Shown here: one piece after another, positions 12,599 through 24,048 of the stretch | Layout: every line of letters starts with the position of its first letter | How positions within the stretch are numbered: position 1 is the stretch's first letter | Assembly (NCBI GenBank): GCA_037447605.1 | Contig: CM074804.1 | Span: 6,611,909-6,675,908, forward strand | DNA length: 64,000 nucleotides | Reading direction: 5' to 3' | Source: Zygnema circumcarinatum SAG 698-1b | Taxonomy: Eukaryota; Plantae; Zygnematophyceae | Program-made: the position numbers and the translations under genes | The notes under the pieces: generated by a model | What the model was told of the DNA's origin: nothing | Databases searched by the model: none | Seen by the model: the letters and a program-made list of their open reading frames with translations, nothing else

Positions 12599-12955
12599 TC
12601 AGATGCGGAATGGAAGGCGAGGCCCAATTCTGTCTACGTCTGCGAGCTGGTCCGAGGAGAGCCACTGCCAGCGGGCCTTGGCGTTGCGCCCCCCCGCGCA
12701 GTAGAAGGCGCAGGGCGCCTGGTAGCGCTCCGCCTCCTCTGTGCCGCACTGCGGGCCGTCCCCCACATAGCCGGGGTACGCCCCCTTGAGGGCGCGGGGA
12801 GGCCGGCCGCGGCACAGCTTGGGAGGGGCCTTCACCTCTTCAGGGGCCTCCATGGACTCGATGTGGTACTTCGCCAGAGCAATGGCCCAGTACAGGGTGC
12901 GACCCTCCCATGTGCAGGCGTACCTGCATGGCAGCCAGTCACTCCGCAACACCAT

Positions 12956-12990
<35 letters not shown>

Positions 12991-15900
12991 GTGATGATGG
13001 TGATGATGGGGTGATGATGGGGTGATGATGGGGTGATGATGGGGTGATGATGGGGTGATGCGTCTGTAAGGCCTTCTGCTTCATGACCAAATGCTGCTTT
13101 ATGCGACATAAAACTAAATCGACGGTGACAGTCTCGGCTGTTGCGATGGGTCCAGCAAAGGGCGAGAGCCCCCTCACCTGGCTGCCTGGTTAGCATTCGC
13201 GATAATTTTTTTCACTTCAGAGTCGTGCTCCCGAGCGTGCTGCACAGTCAGCAGCAGATCCTGAAAGTGATGTTCTGTGGGCAGGTAGTGCTGCCCAGGA
13301 CGCAGCAGTGGCTCAAAGAACTGGAAGAAAGCAGACTCCTGCCGGATCATTGCCTGCGCAGAAACGCAGGAGAGGAAGGGAGGGGGGGGGTGTGGGAAGG
13401 GTCCGTGAGAGGACGGAGATTTTCGCCAGTAATTCTTGGAAGTACAACATAGAACTTTAGCAGCAGTTGCAGAAGCAGTCTCCAGCCACTCGTGCAAGGG
13501 TGACTGCAATGAATGGTGGGAATGAGGTCTGCCGTCTTGAAACTAGACTACGCAGAAATCGATGCATTCCTGGGAGCTCGCATAAAGCCCTACGACTTGC
13601 AGACAGCTCCCAAGTGAATGCGTGGATGCCTCACATGGTTGCTGAGCAGCACTCCGCAGGTGCGTGATGTGCCGACTCCGCCATCTGCGACAATCTCGTA
13701 CTTGAAGGAACTCTTCTCCTTCGGAGAGAGATCTTCATGCAGCTGAATACCGTCGTTTTTCATGCTGTAAAACACAGATTCGGATCCAAGCTCAGCAATT
13801 CCAACCAAGTCCAAGCTGCAGTGCAGTTGAGCGAAGCGGAGGGTGACTGCCGGCACTGCAAGGAGGGCTGCACTCACACGCGAACAAGCTCAGGTTTGTG
13901 TCTCTCAAATCGCACGAGCCGCGCATCCAGGAGGTCACCATGCGCGTCAGTGAGCCTGCACAGGACCCGAACCCTACTCAGTAAGTCGCAGGAGACGGTG
14001 TGAGTGGAGAGGGGAGAAGGCAGAGAGCGGAGAGTGTGGATAGACTTCTTTTCAATTCGATTGTTTGCTACTTTTCTTCTCGCTCAATGGTTGAGGAGGA
14101 TGGTGAGGGCCAGGAAGTGGAAAGCAGGTGAAAGGTAAGCAAGCCTTCCGTATTCCTTTTTCCTTCCGTCGTAACGCAAACCGACTACAATGATATAGTT
14201 GCCTAATGTCAGTGTTAACCATCTTACATACAGCACTTTCAATATTATATTCAAGGAACCATTGTCACCGCCATTTGGGTAAACCAGCTAACAGTCGGCC
14301 TGTGTACAAGGTAAGGAATTTGATCGTCAAACACTTGGCACTGGCAAAATATCTCTGCTTCCACCTCCCTTAGGTGGGCTTAACAGGATCCATAAATACG
14401 ATTTCAATGTCCATTCTTATCCATTGATCGACTAAGGTTGGAAGTGTTCTTAAACCAGCATTTGACCAAATGCCAGAAATTTCATCACCAAATGCTGTTT
14501 CTAGAACGTCAGTGAGCTTTACCTACGCACGTACACAGGCGTTGATTTGCAAATAAACACATATGCTGACATCTCTACTGCAACGACACGTGACGCAGTA
14601 ATTCCACTACGCCTCATCCAATTTACTATCAAGTGGAAACATGGCGAGCCAGCCCACCAAAAAAATTAAGAAGTAAAAGATTGAATTAATGGACGATGAA
14701 GGTGCAAGCTTTGCAACGCCCACCAGTTCGAGATCAATGTGCGAGCTCAGTATGAAGCAAGCAAGCAAGCCGGCCCACCTATGGAGACGGAAGCGCGGGC
14801 TGGCCCGCCAGTTATAATCGTAAAGGTCGTAGTTGGTAGAAGCCCCACGAAACACAGCCTTCGGCACCTTCTCCTCCCACGGCACCTGCTGAACCCACAA
14901 ATGCGCCAACAGGGGTTAAGCTGCAGTCCTGAACCCCACAAATCACAGCAGCCAATGCGGGATGGGCGGCCGCCCCACCTGGTCATCGAGTTCCGGCATG
15001 TAGCTCGGAGCGAGGTCCATGGGATCAGGAACAATCGTGTCCGTAGTGCCGACGGCTCCCTGTGTGGAGAATATGGGGTAGCCGGCGCGGGTTGGAGCAA
15101 TGGCTGAGAGAAAGCTGAAAGGCATGTCGCACATGTTCAGAAAGAGCTCTACCCGGATGTATTCCAGGCCGTACCAGTCCACAGCATCCTGTCACATTGC
15201 AGCGAAGTGACGCGGAGTAAGATGCTTTGCAGGAGTAAGGCTATGCCTAAGCCTAAGAATTCTGCAGAGTTCGCTCGTTACCTTTCCCTTGCGCTATTGC
15301 TAGGTTGTTGGGCTCTGTGTCCGTAGCAGTCACGCTCACCTGCAGCATTTTGATGCTTTGATGAAAGCGCATTAGGCGATGCTCTTCGTTGACAAACCCT
15401 CCGTATCGGAAAAAGACTTTGCCCTCCACAATGCGGATGTGCCCCGTACAAGCCATGAACTGCGCCGCCCAACATCTTCACCGAGCAGCGTGAGCTGCGT
15501 TACCGTTGCGCATGTGACAGCTCATGAAGAGCAAGACAGGAAGAAGAGAAATGGTGGAAAGAAAGGAGTAAACTGAAGGGAGGGGGAGGGGGGAGGGGAG
15601 GGGGGAGGGGGAAAGGAGAAGGGGGCAGGAGGAAGGGAGAGGGAGAGGGAGAGAGAGAGGGAAAGAGTACAAGAACGACGGGAGAGGGGAGAGCGGGCGT
15701 GAGAGAATGCTGTAAAGGAAAAATGAAAAATGGGAATCTGGAAGCAACGCCAGAAGCTTCGTGCTTATTTACAGCCACTGACCTCCGCCTTCTCTCCCAT
15801 AATGTGGAGCATACGGGCACTGATCATTCCACTGCTGCCCATCCCCGACTTTTCGCCAGGGATTCTTGAAAAAGGCACCAACATGCCTTCCAGAATATTT

Positions 15901-16375
15901 GCAAAATGGAGAGTGATAGGATGGGAGAGATTAAACTTCGGGTTGTCCGCCAGCCCCGCGGAAATGTTCTTCCACTTCTCCTGTCGCGCCCTGCCAACAT
16001 CCGGCTGCCCTCCTTTTCCCATTACTACCTCAGCAAAGCACAGAACGCGCTTTCTTTTGCCTGACTTTCAGCGCAGCTAAAAAACTAAAATTCAAGATTA
16101 GCATTTCAGAAAGCGATCAGCCTTTCAACGCACCAGGCTTTTTTCATCCGCGCCAGCCCCTCCTCGAGCACACTCAAATCCTCCGCTCCTTCCAAGGGGT
16201 TGCCGCCTTCTACCACTTCGTTTTGCCCCTCCGTAAGTATGCTCTCCAGAATTCTCTGTCTGTCGGGGTGTTGGTGCATGGCCTCCCTCCACAAAATGAT
16301 AGACAGCACGAGCACCACCCACTGCAGGCCCACCCGCCGCCCCCCTCCGCCCTTCTGCATGGGCGGCCCCCTCAT
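12599..16375 (-). CDS. Glycosyltransferase family 90 / CAP10-like (POGLUT/KDELC-related) type II membrane protein, multi-exon
   Basis: N-terminal TM anchor (LQWVVLVLSIILW). Exons encode VELFLNMCDMP, VPDP, VPWEEKVPKAVFRGASTN...SPRFRLHR, FKYEIVADG, QESAFFQFFEPLLRPGQHYLP and DSEVKKIIANANQAAR, all typical Glyco_transf_90 segments. Exact exon borders are only partly resolved. Confidence 0.8.
12956..13060. repeat. Intronic (GAT)n microsatellite grading into (GGGGTGATGAT)n
   Basis: Directly visible; lies in the last intron of the GT90 gene. Confidence 0.9.
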
Positions 16376-17485
16376 GGTTGCCGTGCGGCTTCCAAACATA
16401 GGCCGTCAGTGTTTCAGCAAGAGCCTCTGCAAGCCTCCCTCCGCAACCCCTGCATTACTACTGCTGCCTCTGCTGTTCACGACTCGGTGAAGAAGTCGCT
16501 GAAGAATTAATAAAAAATTAGCTATTTTATTTCATTCAGGCGATGCTCCTCTCCAACTCACCAGCGCAAAGCGTGGTAGGAGAGCCGTCAGGAGGGAAGG
16601 AGAGCGTGGGAGGGAGGGAGAGGTGCGGGAGTGGGAGGCCGGAGGTGGAGCGGCCCAACTGCCAACGACCGACCGACAACTGCCGGGTCCACTACCCGTA
16701 CACAAAAGTATGTTATTGTACGGAGATTGATCGTACGAATGAACCGGCAGGTACTCAGTGTTAAGAACGCACCCTGGAACAGAGAGCGGGCAATCATCAC
16801 ATATTGGAACGGCCCAGTTCCAGTTCTGTTCGGTCAATGGGGCCAATCGGCGGTCCAACTGTTTGGTTGGTTGTAGTTGGTTTGGTTGGTTTGGTGGGGT
16901 TGGATGTTCCTAAAACTTTTGATCACTCGTAGCAACCAGCGGGGCTGTCAGTCCAGGCTCGGCTGCAGGGGGTCGACTTCCTGACCTCAAGTCCATGGGG
17001 GAATTTCTCTCAACGGCTCTGAAGACATTCAGGAGAGGACCGCGCTCCAGAGTGGACAAGGAAAGGAAATAGCCGACTTATCCCGAGGCGATCAGTGGAA
17101 CAGCATGCCGGGACTCACCTGATCTCGCAAAAATGCGTTGAAACATCAGGCCGGTGCTTTCAAGCGGGGCTGGTAACAAGTTCATACGGATAAACAGGCT
17201 CTACCTTGGAGTGAAGCAAGCACAATTCGACTACAAATTTGACATTGAACTCGAGAAAGCGGGAACAATAAGGCTGCATTTTTTTTCTGTACAAGAATGA
17301 ATCAATCTCCTCAATTTATGCGGGGAGGAGGGGTACTCTACTGCAAAAATCTCTGCTTTTCTGCCTGTCCGCCTGGCGAGATCTCTATCCTCCTCAAAAT
17401 GTTCGAACATCAGCCAAAGACTCCGGCATGGCTCAATACCAAAGGTGGACCGCCATCTTGCAGTCGACACAGGCAGCGCCATTAG

Positions 17486-20400
17486 CTAGTGCTCGAGGTG
17501 GAAGACATACTCCGTAAGGACTTGCAGGTGATTCAAGTTCGTCTTCTGCTCCGTTTTGGTCGGTGCATTATGTACTGTCAGCATGGCTGTAGCAGGATCA
17601 TGTGACCAGCCTCGCTCCATTGTCACTGCAGCACAAAATGTACGAAAAAAGCCCCAACCGGTCAACTTGTTAACTCAACAAAGCAGCATTGGCCAGTACA
17701 GCAAAAGTAAGACAGTTACAGGTCCGCTTATAGCCTGTTGCTTAGATTCGAGACAAATTTTATCTAACGTGCTTCCTGAAGCTGACTAAGGAAACCACAG
17801 GCGCGTCTACAGCATTTTCTGTAAGCAGAAAGTGAATGAGCTCGTTATACATAACAACTGACGTACTTGTTATCGTAGTGTCCATTGGTTGACCCAAAAA
17901 GGCGGCTGCGTCTGCAACACTAATGCTTGAATACGATTGTCTGAGCAGGGCAAACATGCGCTGCGAAAAAACATCTGTGCCGTGTAAGACAAGCTTGCGG
18001 ATAAGGTTAGAATATTCCCACAGTCATGTCATGCTCATGCTCAGGCTCTGCCTCTGGCTCTGTTCTTGCAAAATTTAAAAGCTTGACTAACTCTACTTTA
18101 GGCACTAGAGAACAGCAAACTGATCAATAAATGAATCCAACGTGAAAAACTGCTAACACTTAGCAGTGCAAAGGACACAGCGAGACAGTCCACATGGCAG
18201 TTAGATCGCAACCTGACCTAATCCCTTGACGCATGGGAAAAAGAAAAGCAGAGACTACAGGGGAGCTCCTAGTGGCGACATTGATGATTTTCAACCTACC
18301 TGTTAGAGCAGTGACAACCGGTTGCACTCGGGGACTCCAAGAAAAGGACCTTAGTGCCTCATATGTGGCCGGCCGATCGTGACGCCACATGGCCTGCCCA
18401 ATGCGCCACGCAGCCGCAACCTCAGAGTCGCTTTGCTTGACGGCGCTTGGAATGCGCTTCCACAGAAAGCGCGCATTGTTCCTGCGATTGCGATTAAGCG
18501 TTGGAGCCGCCGCGAAGACAGGAGTCAACATAGGCTCTCATGAGATTCATGATGCTGAGAACAAGGCAGAGCTTCCTGCGTGGTAGCTGAGCATGGAGAG
18601 CATACATCACAGGAAAGTGCAGGGAGAAAAAGGAACCCATGTCTGTCAGGCGACAAAATTGACAGGCAGCCCCAATCTGTCCTGGCACAAGCCCTACCTA
18701 ATGCTGCCTATGCAAAAGGCCTGTCTAGCTTACGTCCAAGAGGATATATATGAAATAGAGCTTCCTTCAGCAAATTCAAGCAGTCGTTCACTTCTGTAGG
18801 TACATATGGTGCTACAAAAAAATGAATAATGCAAAAGTACAGCTTTGCCTTCTACCAGACCAATTTCTGCCTCGACACGTGAATACAGACAAAGGAGGCA
18901 TAGCCATCTTGTACTTGTGTACAGGACAAAAAGTTGACCAACGACACCTGCTTTTTTACTCCATGCCTAACTTATTCTCCCTAAGACAACGTGCCGTGCC
19001 AACGTGCCAGGCCCACTTCCATCGCCGCCCCAGATAATGACTGACTGCTTTAGCTATTGCGAGCGAGACTGGCACATTCTGCTTCAACATACGAAGAATG
19101 TCCTTTTGTGTGGACTTTTTAGACTCATGACAATTCTAACAGTGGACATCTTAAGAAATTCATGAGAATCAACTTTGCCGAACAGCTATACTCGATTTTT
19201 CCATGCAATAGATTTCCCCAAGACCCCTGGCAACGGGGTGTAGACGTGTCACGTCGCAGTTGCTGATGTTCAGTTGTAGCATAGGAAAAAGGGCAGTGAA
19301 CCAGTGAACTAAGTACAAGCTGGCGAAAATAGATCTCAGGAAGTCTTTCACAAGAAGCTAGAAATACGTAATACAGAAGGTATTCCAAAGCCGTCTACAG
19401 TTACTCCTAGTTATGCTGACGCAACATCCACGAGACGTGGAAAACAAAACGTTCAGAAATGCTTAGACATGCTTTCGTACCAGCCAATGGCGGTGAATAA
19501 AATGGCAGAAAACATCACTTTTGGCGGCTTATACACAATGTGCATTGACCACTTTCACACATTTAGCGAGGACTCCCAGTAGCTGCAAACCAAGAATAAC
19601 TGCTTAGGCAATAATAGAGCAATGCACGAAATACCGTGTAACTCCCTTTCCAAGCATTGCATGCTTAACAATGGATTTAATTGACTTAGAAACTAATTTA
19701 TCCACTGCATTAACAAATTGAAGCTTACTGAGACTGCACCAATTTCAGTCCGTTTTTCAAGGGAATACGAGCAACCGCTAAGTCCCCGTAAGCTTGTCAT
19801 GCCCAAGATGTTATGCACTTGCAAATAGCTTCCCTTAAAGTAGCTGAGATTGAATCGTCCATTATCCCATCCTACAGCCACATGGTTGCAAATGTTTTGG
19901 ATTGGTACACATACAAGTCATTATTGTACAAGTGGCCAAGGATGTGAATTGCATAAGGCCAATCGCCAGGAGTCGCTTGACCAGCCGCAGCATTCTGCAG
20001 CACACGTAAAGGCTTCTTCGTTAGAAATTGCAGTGGAGAAACTTGAAACTGTCTCACAAATCAGACCTAGCTTCTAGTATCAACATTGTGAAGTAGTTCG
20101 TCCAATACTGGAACAACTTTGCACCAAATGAGTAAAAAGTCTATCACATTAACAAAACTTGCTTATCGTATGAAACTTCAATAATAGATGTGATCATTGA
20201 ACTAATTAGATTAAACTACCAGAAATTTAGTTTGTCAAACAACAGCATGATGACACTCTGAGTTACTTTGAAGTGGCCAAGGAAATACAGGTAGAATCAT
20301 TAACTTTAGCCATCTGGATTCTCAGTCTACCGTGCCGTTCAAGTCTTATAAATAAACATACATATGTGAGGTAATGACACAAACTTAAGCCCTGCCTATC

Positions 20401-20956
20401 TTTCTTTACAAAAAACAAAGGCTTGACATCACAACCGCGTCAATGACGCCCATCAAGGTCATTCTAGAGTCACGTTAAATTTAACAGAAAAGCTTGAGTG
20501 TGAGCATCAAGAACTTCAGTTTAAGACGCTGCTTATGCTTACAGATTTTGCACGAATATAGTTCAATAGACAATAACGGACACCAGAGACAATGAGTTCA
20601 AAAGCATAGAGGAGGCTAAAACCCATAATCGTCGCTCTCAGTCCTGGTGCATTGAAAAGACAGCGGGTAGCATGTGGGATTTATTCAGCAGGATGTCGTG
20701 CACGGCGCCTTCCCATAGCTTTTATTACCTTGCCTTGACCTTGCCCACTTGCAAATGCTTCTTCCCAAGACATGCGCCTATGCCTGCCTTCATATTTTCA
20801 GGACACTGATGTCAGCGTCATAAAGCTGCTGTATTCTCTGCATACCTCTAGCTCGAGCCGGTCGCAAATTGTCGCCATTTCTCCGAATCGGCCATTGGCA
20901 AGGGCATCCTGGACAGCGTCTGATGATGCTGCATCCGAAGTTCCTGTAGTCGCCAT
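17486..20956 (-). CDS. CSN8: COP9 signalosome complex subunit 8 (5 exons)
   Basis: Exons 20956-20846 (MATTG...MATICDRLELE), 19994-19915 (DWPYAIHILGHLYNNDL), ~18481-18300 (NARFLWKRIP...AAWRIGQAMW), ~17960-17870 (MFALLRQSYSSISVADAAAFLG) and ~17625-17486 (GWSHD...LTEYVFHLEH stop). These match plant CSN8/COP9. Confidence 0.93.
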
Positions 20957-21393
20957 AGCGAACGGCTTACACCGGCAGCAACTGATAGCAGATGAAGTAC
21001 AGACCAGAGTAAGAGAAGGTCAATGCAGGCGCAGTTTTTCCTTGCAAGAGCTGCTCCAGCAGGCAAGAAGACGAGGTAAGGAGGCGACAGTGAGGAGCTG
21101 CAGCATAGCCGTCCGTGGAGGTCCACCGATCCACGACCCGACGGATCCACCCACGAACGGTCCGGATAAACAACAGGCTGCGGATCAAGATCCTCGTGCG
21201 TTGCCTTTTTATAGAAATGTCTTCGAACCTTAATTATGTGAAGTGAACTGGAACGGAAACTGGTCAAACACATAAGCTGTTTAATATTGTGTGCTGTTCA
21301 GTTGCGCGAGGTGCGATTTAATCAATTAGAATGCACCACGTGGCCACTTTAAACACGCTGCGACACATACCCTATTTACAACAATACGTCCCG

Positions 21394-21810
21394 TAAAACA
21401 TTCAAAACGAACGCTGTCGTTACATAGAAAACGACACGTGGCAATGACAGAATGGGAACGCGATATACCCCATTTTCTGCGCATTCGATCCAACGAAACG
21501 TCGAACCAATCAGGACGCGCGACGTGGCAACGTCAGACTCGCGGCAATCATACCCCATTTTCATCAAATCCATCTTTGACAACCTAACCGAATCCGTACG
21601 CCACATAAAACATCAAAATCGAACGCTGTCGTACGTAGAAAACGACACGTGGCAATGACAGAATAAGTACGCGATATACCCCATTTTCTGCGCATTCGAT
21701 CCAACGAAACGCCGAACCAATCAGCACGCGCGACGTGGCAACGTCAGACTCGCGGCAACTATACCCCATTTTCATTAAATTAATCTTTGACAACATAATG
21801 GAACCCGTCG
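21394..21810. repeat. Two tandem ~212-bp copies upstream of CSN8
   Basis: GAACGCTGTCGT at 21409 and 21621; the copies align with scattered substitutions along their length. Confidence 0.9.
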
Positions 21811-21992
21811 TACGGATCAAAACGATGACTACGCTTTTGCCTACGGCAACGCAAAAATTCATACAGTAAGAATGAATACGTAGTACGGATAAAGGGAAGT
21901 GGATCCATAGAAATCTATCATTTCAATCAGGCGAGGGTGTGGACTAGAAATCTACTTCAGCAATTGGCGTTGATCTACCACGACGTCAATGC

Positions 21993-23340
21993 TATAGCTC
22001 CGTATTATACACTCTGAGGTTTGCCCGCGCGTACTGCGCCCCACATTGGCGACCTTCGCGGCTGCTTCTAGTGCCGTGTTGTTGCGCCTAGAAGTTGATT
22101 TCCGTTTCAAGGCTTTCTCTTGGTCCTTATGTCCGTTGTGACCGCTTCTTTTGGTTCCTTATGTCGATTTTCTCCATGTACATTTGATGGCCTTGCCATC
22201 GTGAGTTCAATCAAACATCATTTTTCTTTTTCTTTTTCTTTTCTTTGAGGTTCGATACAATGTATAATACAGTATTAATACTGTATTATACACTGTATAA
22301 TACCTTAACGCAACTGTTAACAGCCGTACAATCGGAACATAGATGCGTACGGAAATTATGTACGGAAGGGGTGTACTAACATGTACGGACCAAGTCACAC
22401 GTGTTGAGAGTTTGGCACGTGACGTGACTTGGCAAGTGCTGGAATTTCAATATTATAATCAATCTTTGTTCAACTAAGCACGAAAATAAAACAAATACAT
22501 TAAATACATTAAAAATACACTGTATTTTTAAATTTTGTATAATACGCATGTATTATACAGTGTATTAATTATAGCTCCGTATTATACACTTTGAGGTTCG
22601 ATACAATGTATAATACAGTATTAATACTGTATTATACACTGTATAATACCTTAACGCAACTGTTAACAGCCGTACAATCGGAACATAGATACGTACGGAA
22701 ATTATGTACGGAATCGGTGTACCAACATGTACGGACCAAGTCACACGTGTTGAATGTTTGGCAAGTGACGTGACTTGGCAAGTGCTGGAATTTCAATATT
22801 ATAATCAATCTTTGTTCAACTAAGCACGAAAATAAAAAAAATACGTTAAATACATAAAAAATACACTGTATTTTTAAATGTTGTATAATACGCATGTATT
22901 ATACAGTGTATTAATACACGCGTTTGATACATACGGAGCCATAGTTCAATCAAACATCCTTTCTCTTTTCGGTCCTTTGTGACCAGTCCTTCGTGGTTCC
23001 ACATTTTGCCTTTATCCATGTAAATTTGATGGCCTCGCCATCGCGAGTTCAATGAAAGTTTGCGTCCTCCTTTCTCTTTTAGGTTTAATACAATGTATAA
23101 TACAGTATTAATACAGTATTTTACACTGTATAAAACGTAACGCAAACTTTCATTGAACTCGCGATGGCGAGGCCATCAAATTTACATGGATAAAGGCAAA
23201 ATGTGGAATCACGAAGGACTGCTCACAAAGGACCGAAACACAATAAAACGAAGCTAGAAGCGGAAAACTATGCCTAGGCACAACAACGCAGCCCTAGAAG
23301 CAGCCGCGAAGGTCACCGATGTGAGGCACGTCGCGAGGAG
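21993..23340. mobile_element. Modular nested inverted-repeat (foldback/MITE-like) complex
   Basis: Arm A (22025-22215) is a diverged inverted copy of 23140-23335. 22967-23065 and 23140-23238 form a 97/99 inverted repeat. Two ~346-bp tandem B modules start at 22244 and 22590. The terminal-like motif TATAGCTCCGTAT occurs at 21993 and 22570 and is inverted at ~22930. Confidence 0.7.
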
Positions 23341-23374
23341 GGAGCGGCGGAAGTCCACCAACACGGTCACCAAC

Positions 23375-24048
23375 TGTAACAACTGAAAAACGCCTCTTCA
23401 GTCTACGCGGAATCACACACCAGCACTCCGAGTTCAGCGAGAGAGGGCAGGAGAGAGAGAGGGAGCAAGAACTTCAGAGGGTTGCGCAGCCTCGACGGGT
23501 GCAACCAGAGTGTCGGTGACGTTGGTTGGGTACCTACTACCACCACGCCTTTACGCTTCCCCGTCAACCTCCTCCTACCAAAGATGGGAGGATCGAAGTG
23601 GCCGCCCAATGGCGCATCGCCAGGTTCCTCTCTCGACTAACGGGTCGAGGTGTACAACGCATTTAATGCCGCCGCATTCGGGCTGGCGCTGCCGCGGCGC
23701 GGCGCCACAGACGTCGTGCACGGTCGATCCTACAAGGCGCCGGTCCGATCGACAAATCTGGCCCCAGACCAACGGCAGTAATTGTGGCGACGCACGTTGC
23801 CTAAAACGTGAAGGGAAGATGTGGTCGGATCGCGGATCCTCGACCACACGCATGACGCCGATACATATATGTCTCAAGATAATGCCACAAGATCAACCCC
23901 CTCGCAACCTTCAAGAAGTTGTTCGGATCCCGTGACCCTTCCCCGTCTCTAGTGGTCCCCACGCCAAGCCACTCGCCCGCCTGGGTGAGAGTACTAGGAC
24001 GAGCGCCTCTAAGTACACCTCCCGCGGGTGATCAGAAGCGTTGCCACA
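23375..24048 (-). repeat. 3' LTR (674 bp) of the Ty3/gypsy element
   Basis: On the minus strand it starts TGTGGCAAC immediately after the polypurine tract GAGGGGGGTAA (24049-24059) and ends GTTGTTACA, with short imperfect terminal IRs (TG...CA). No partner LTR is found in the window. Confidence 0.7.
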
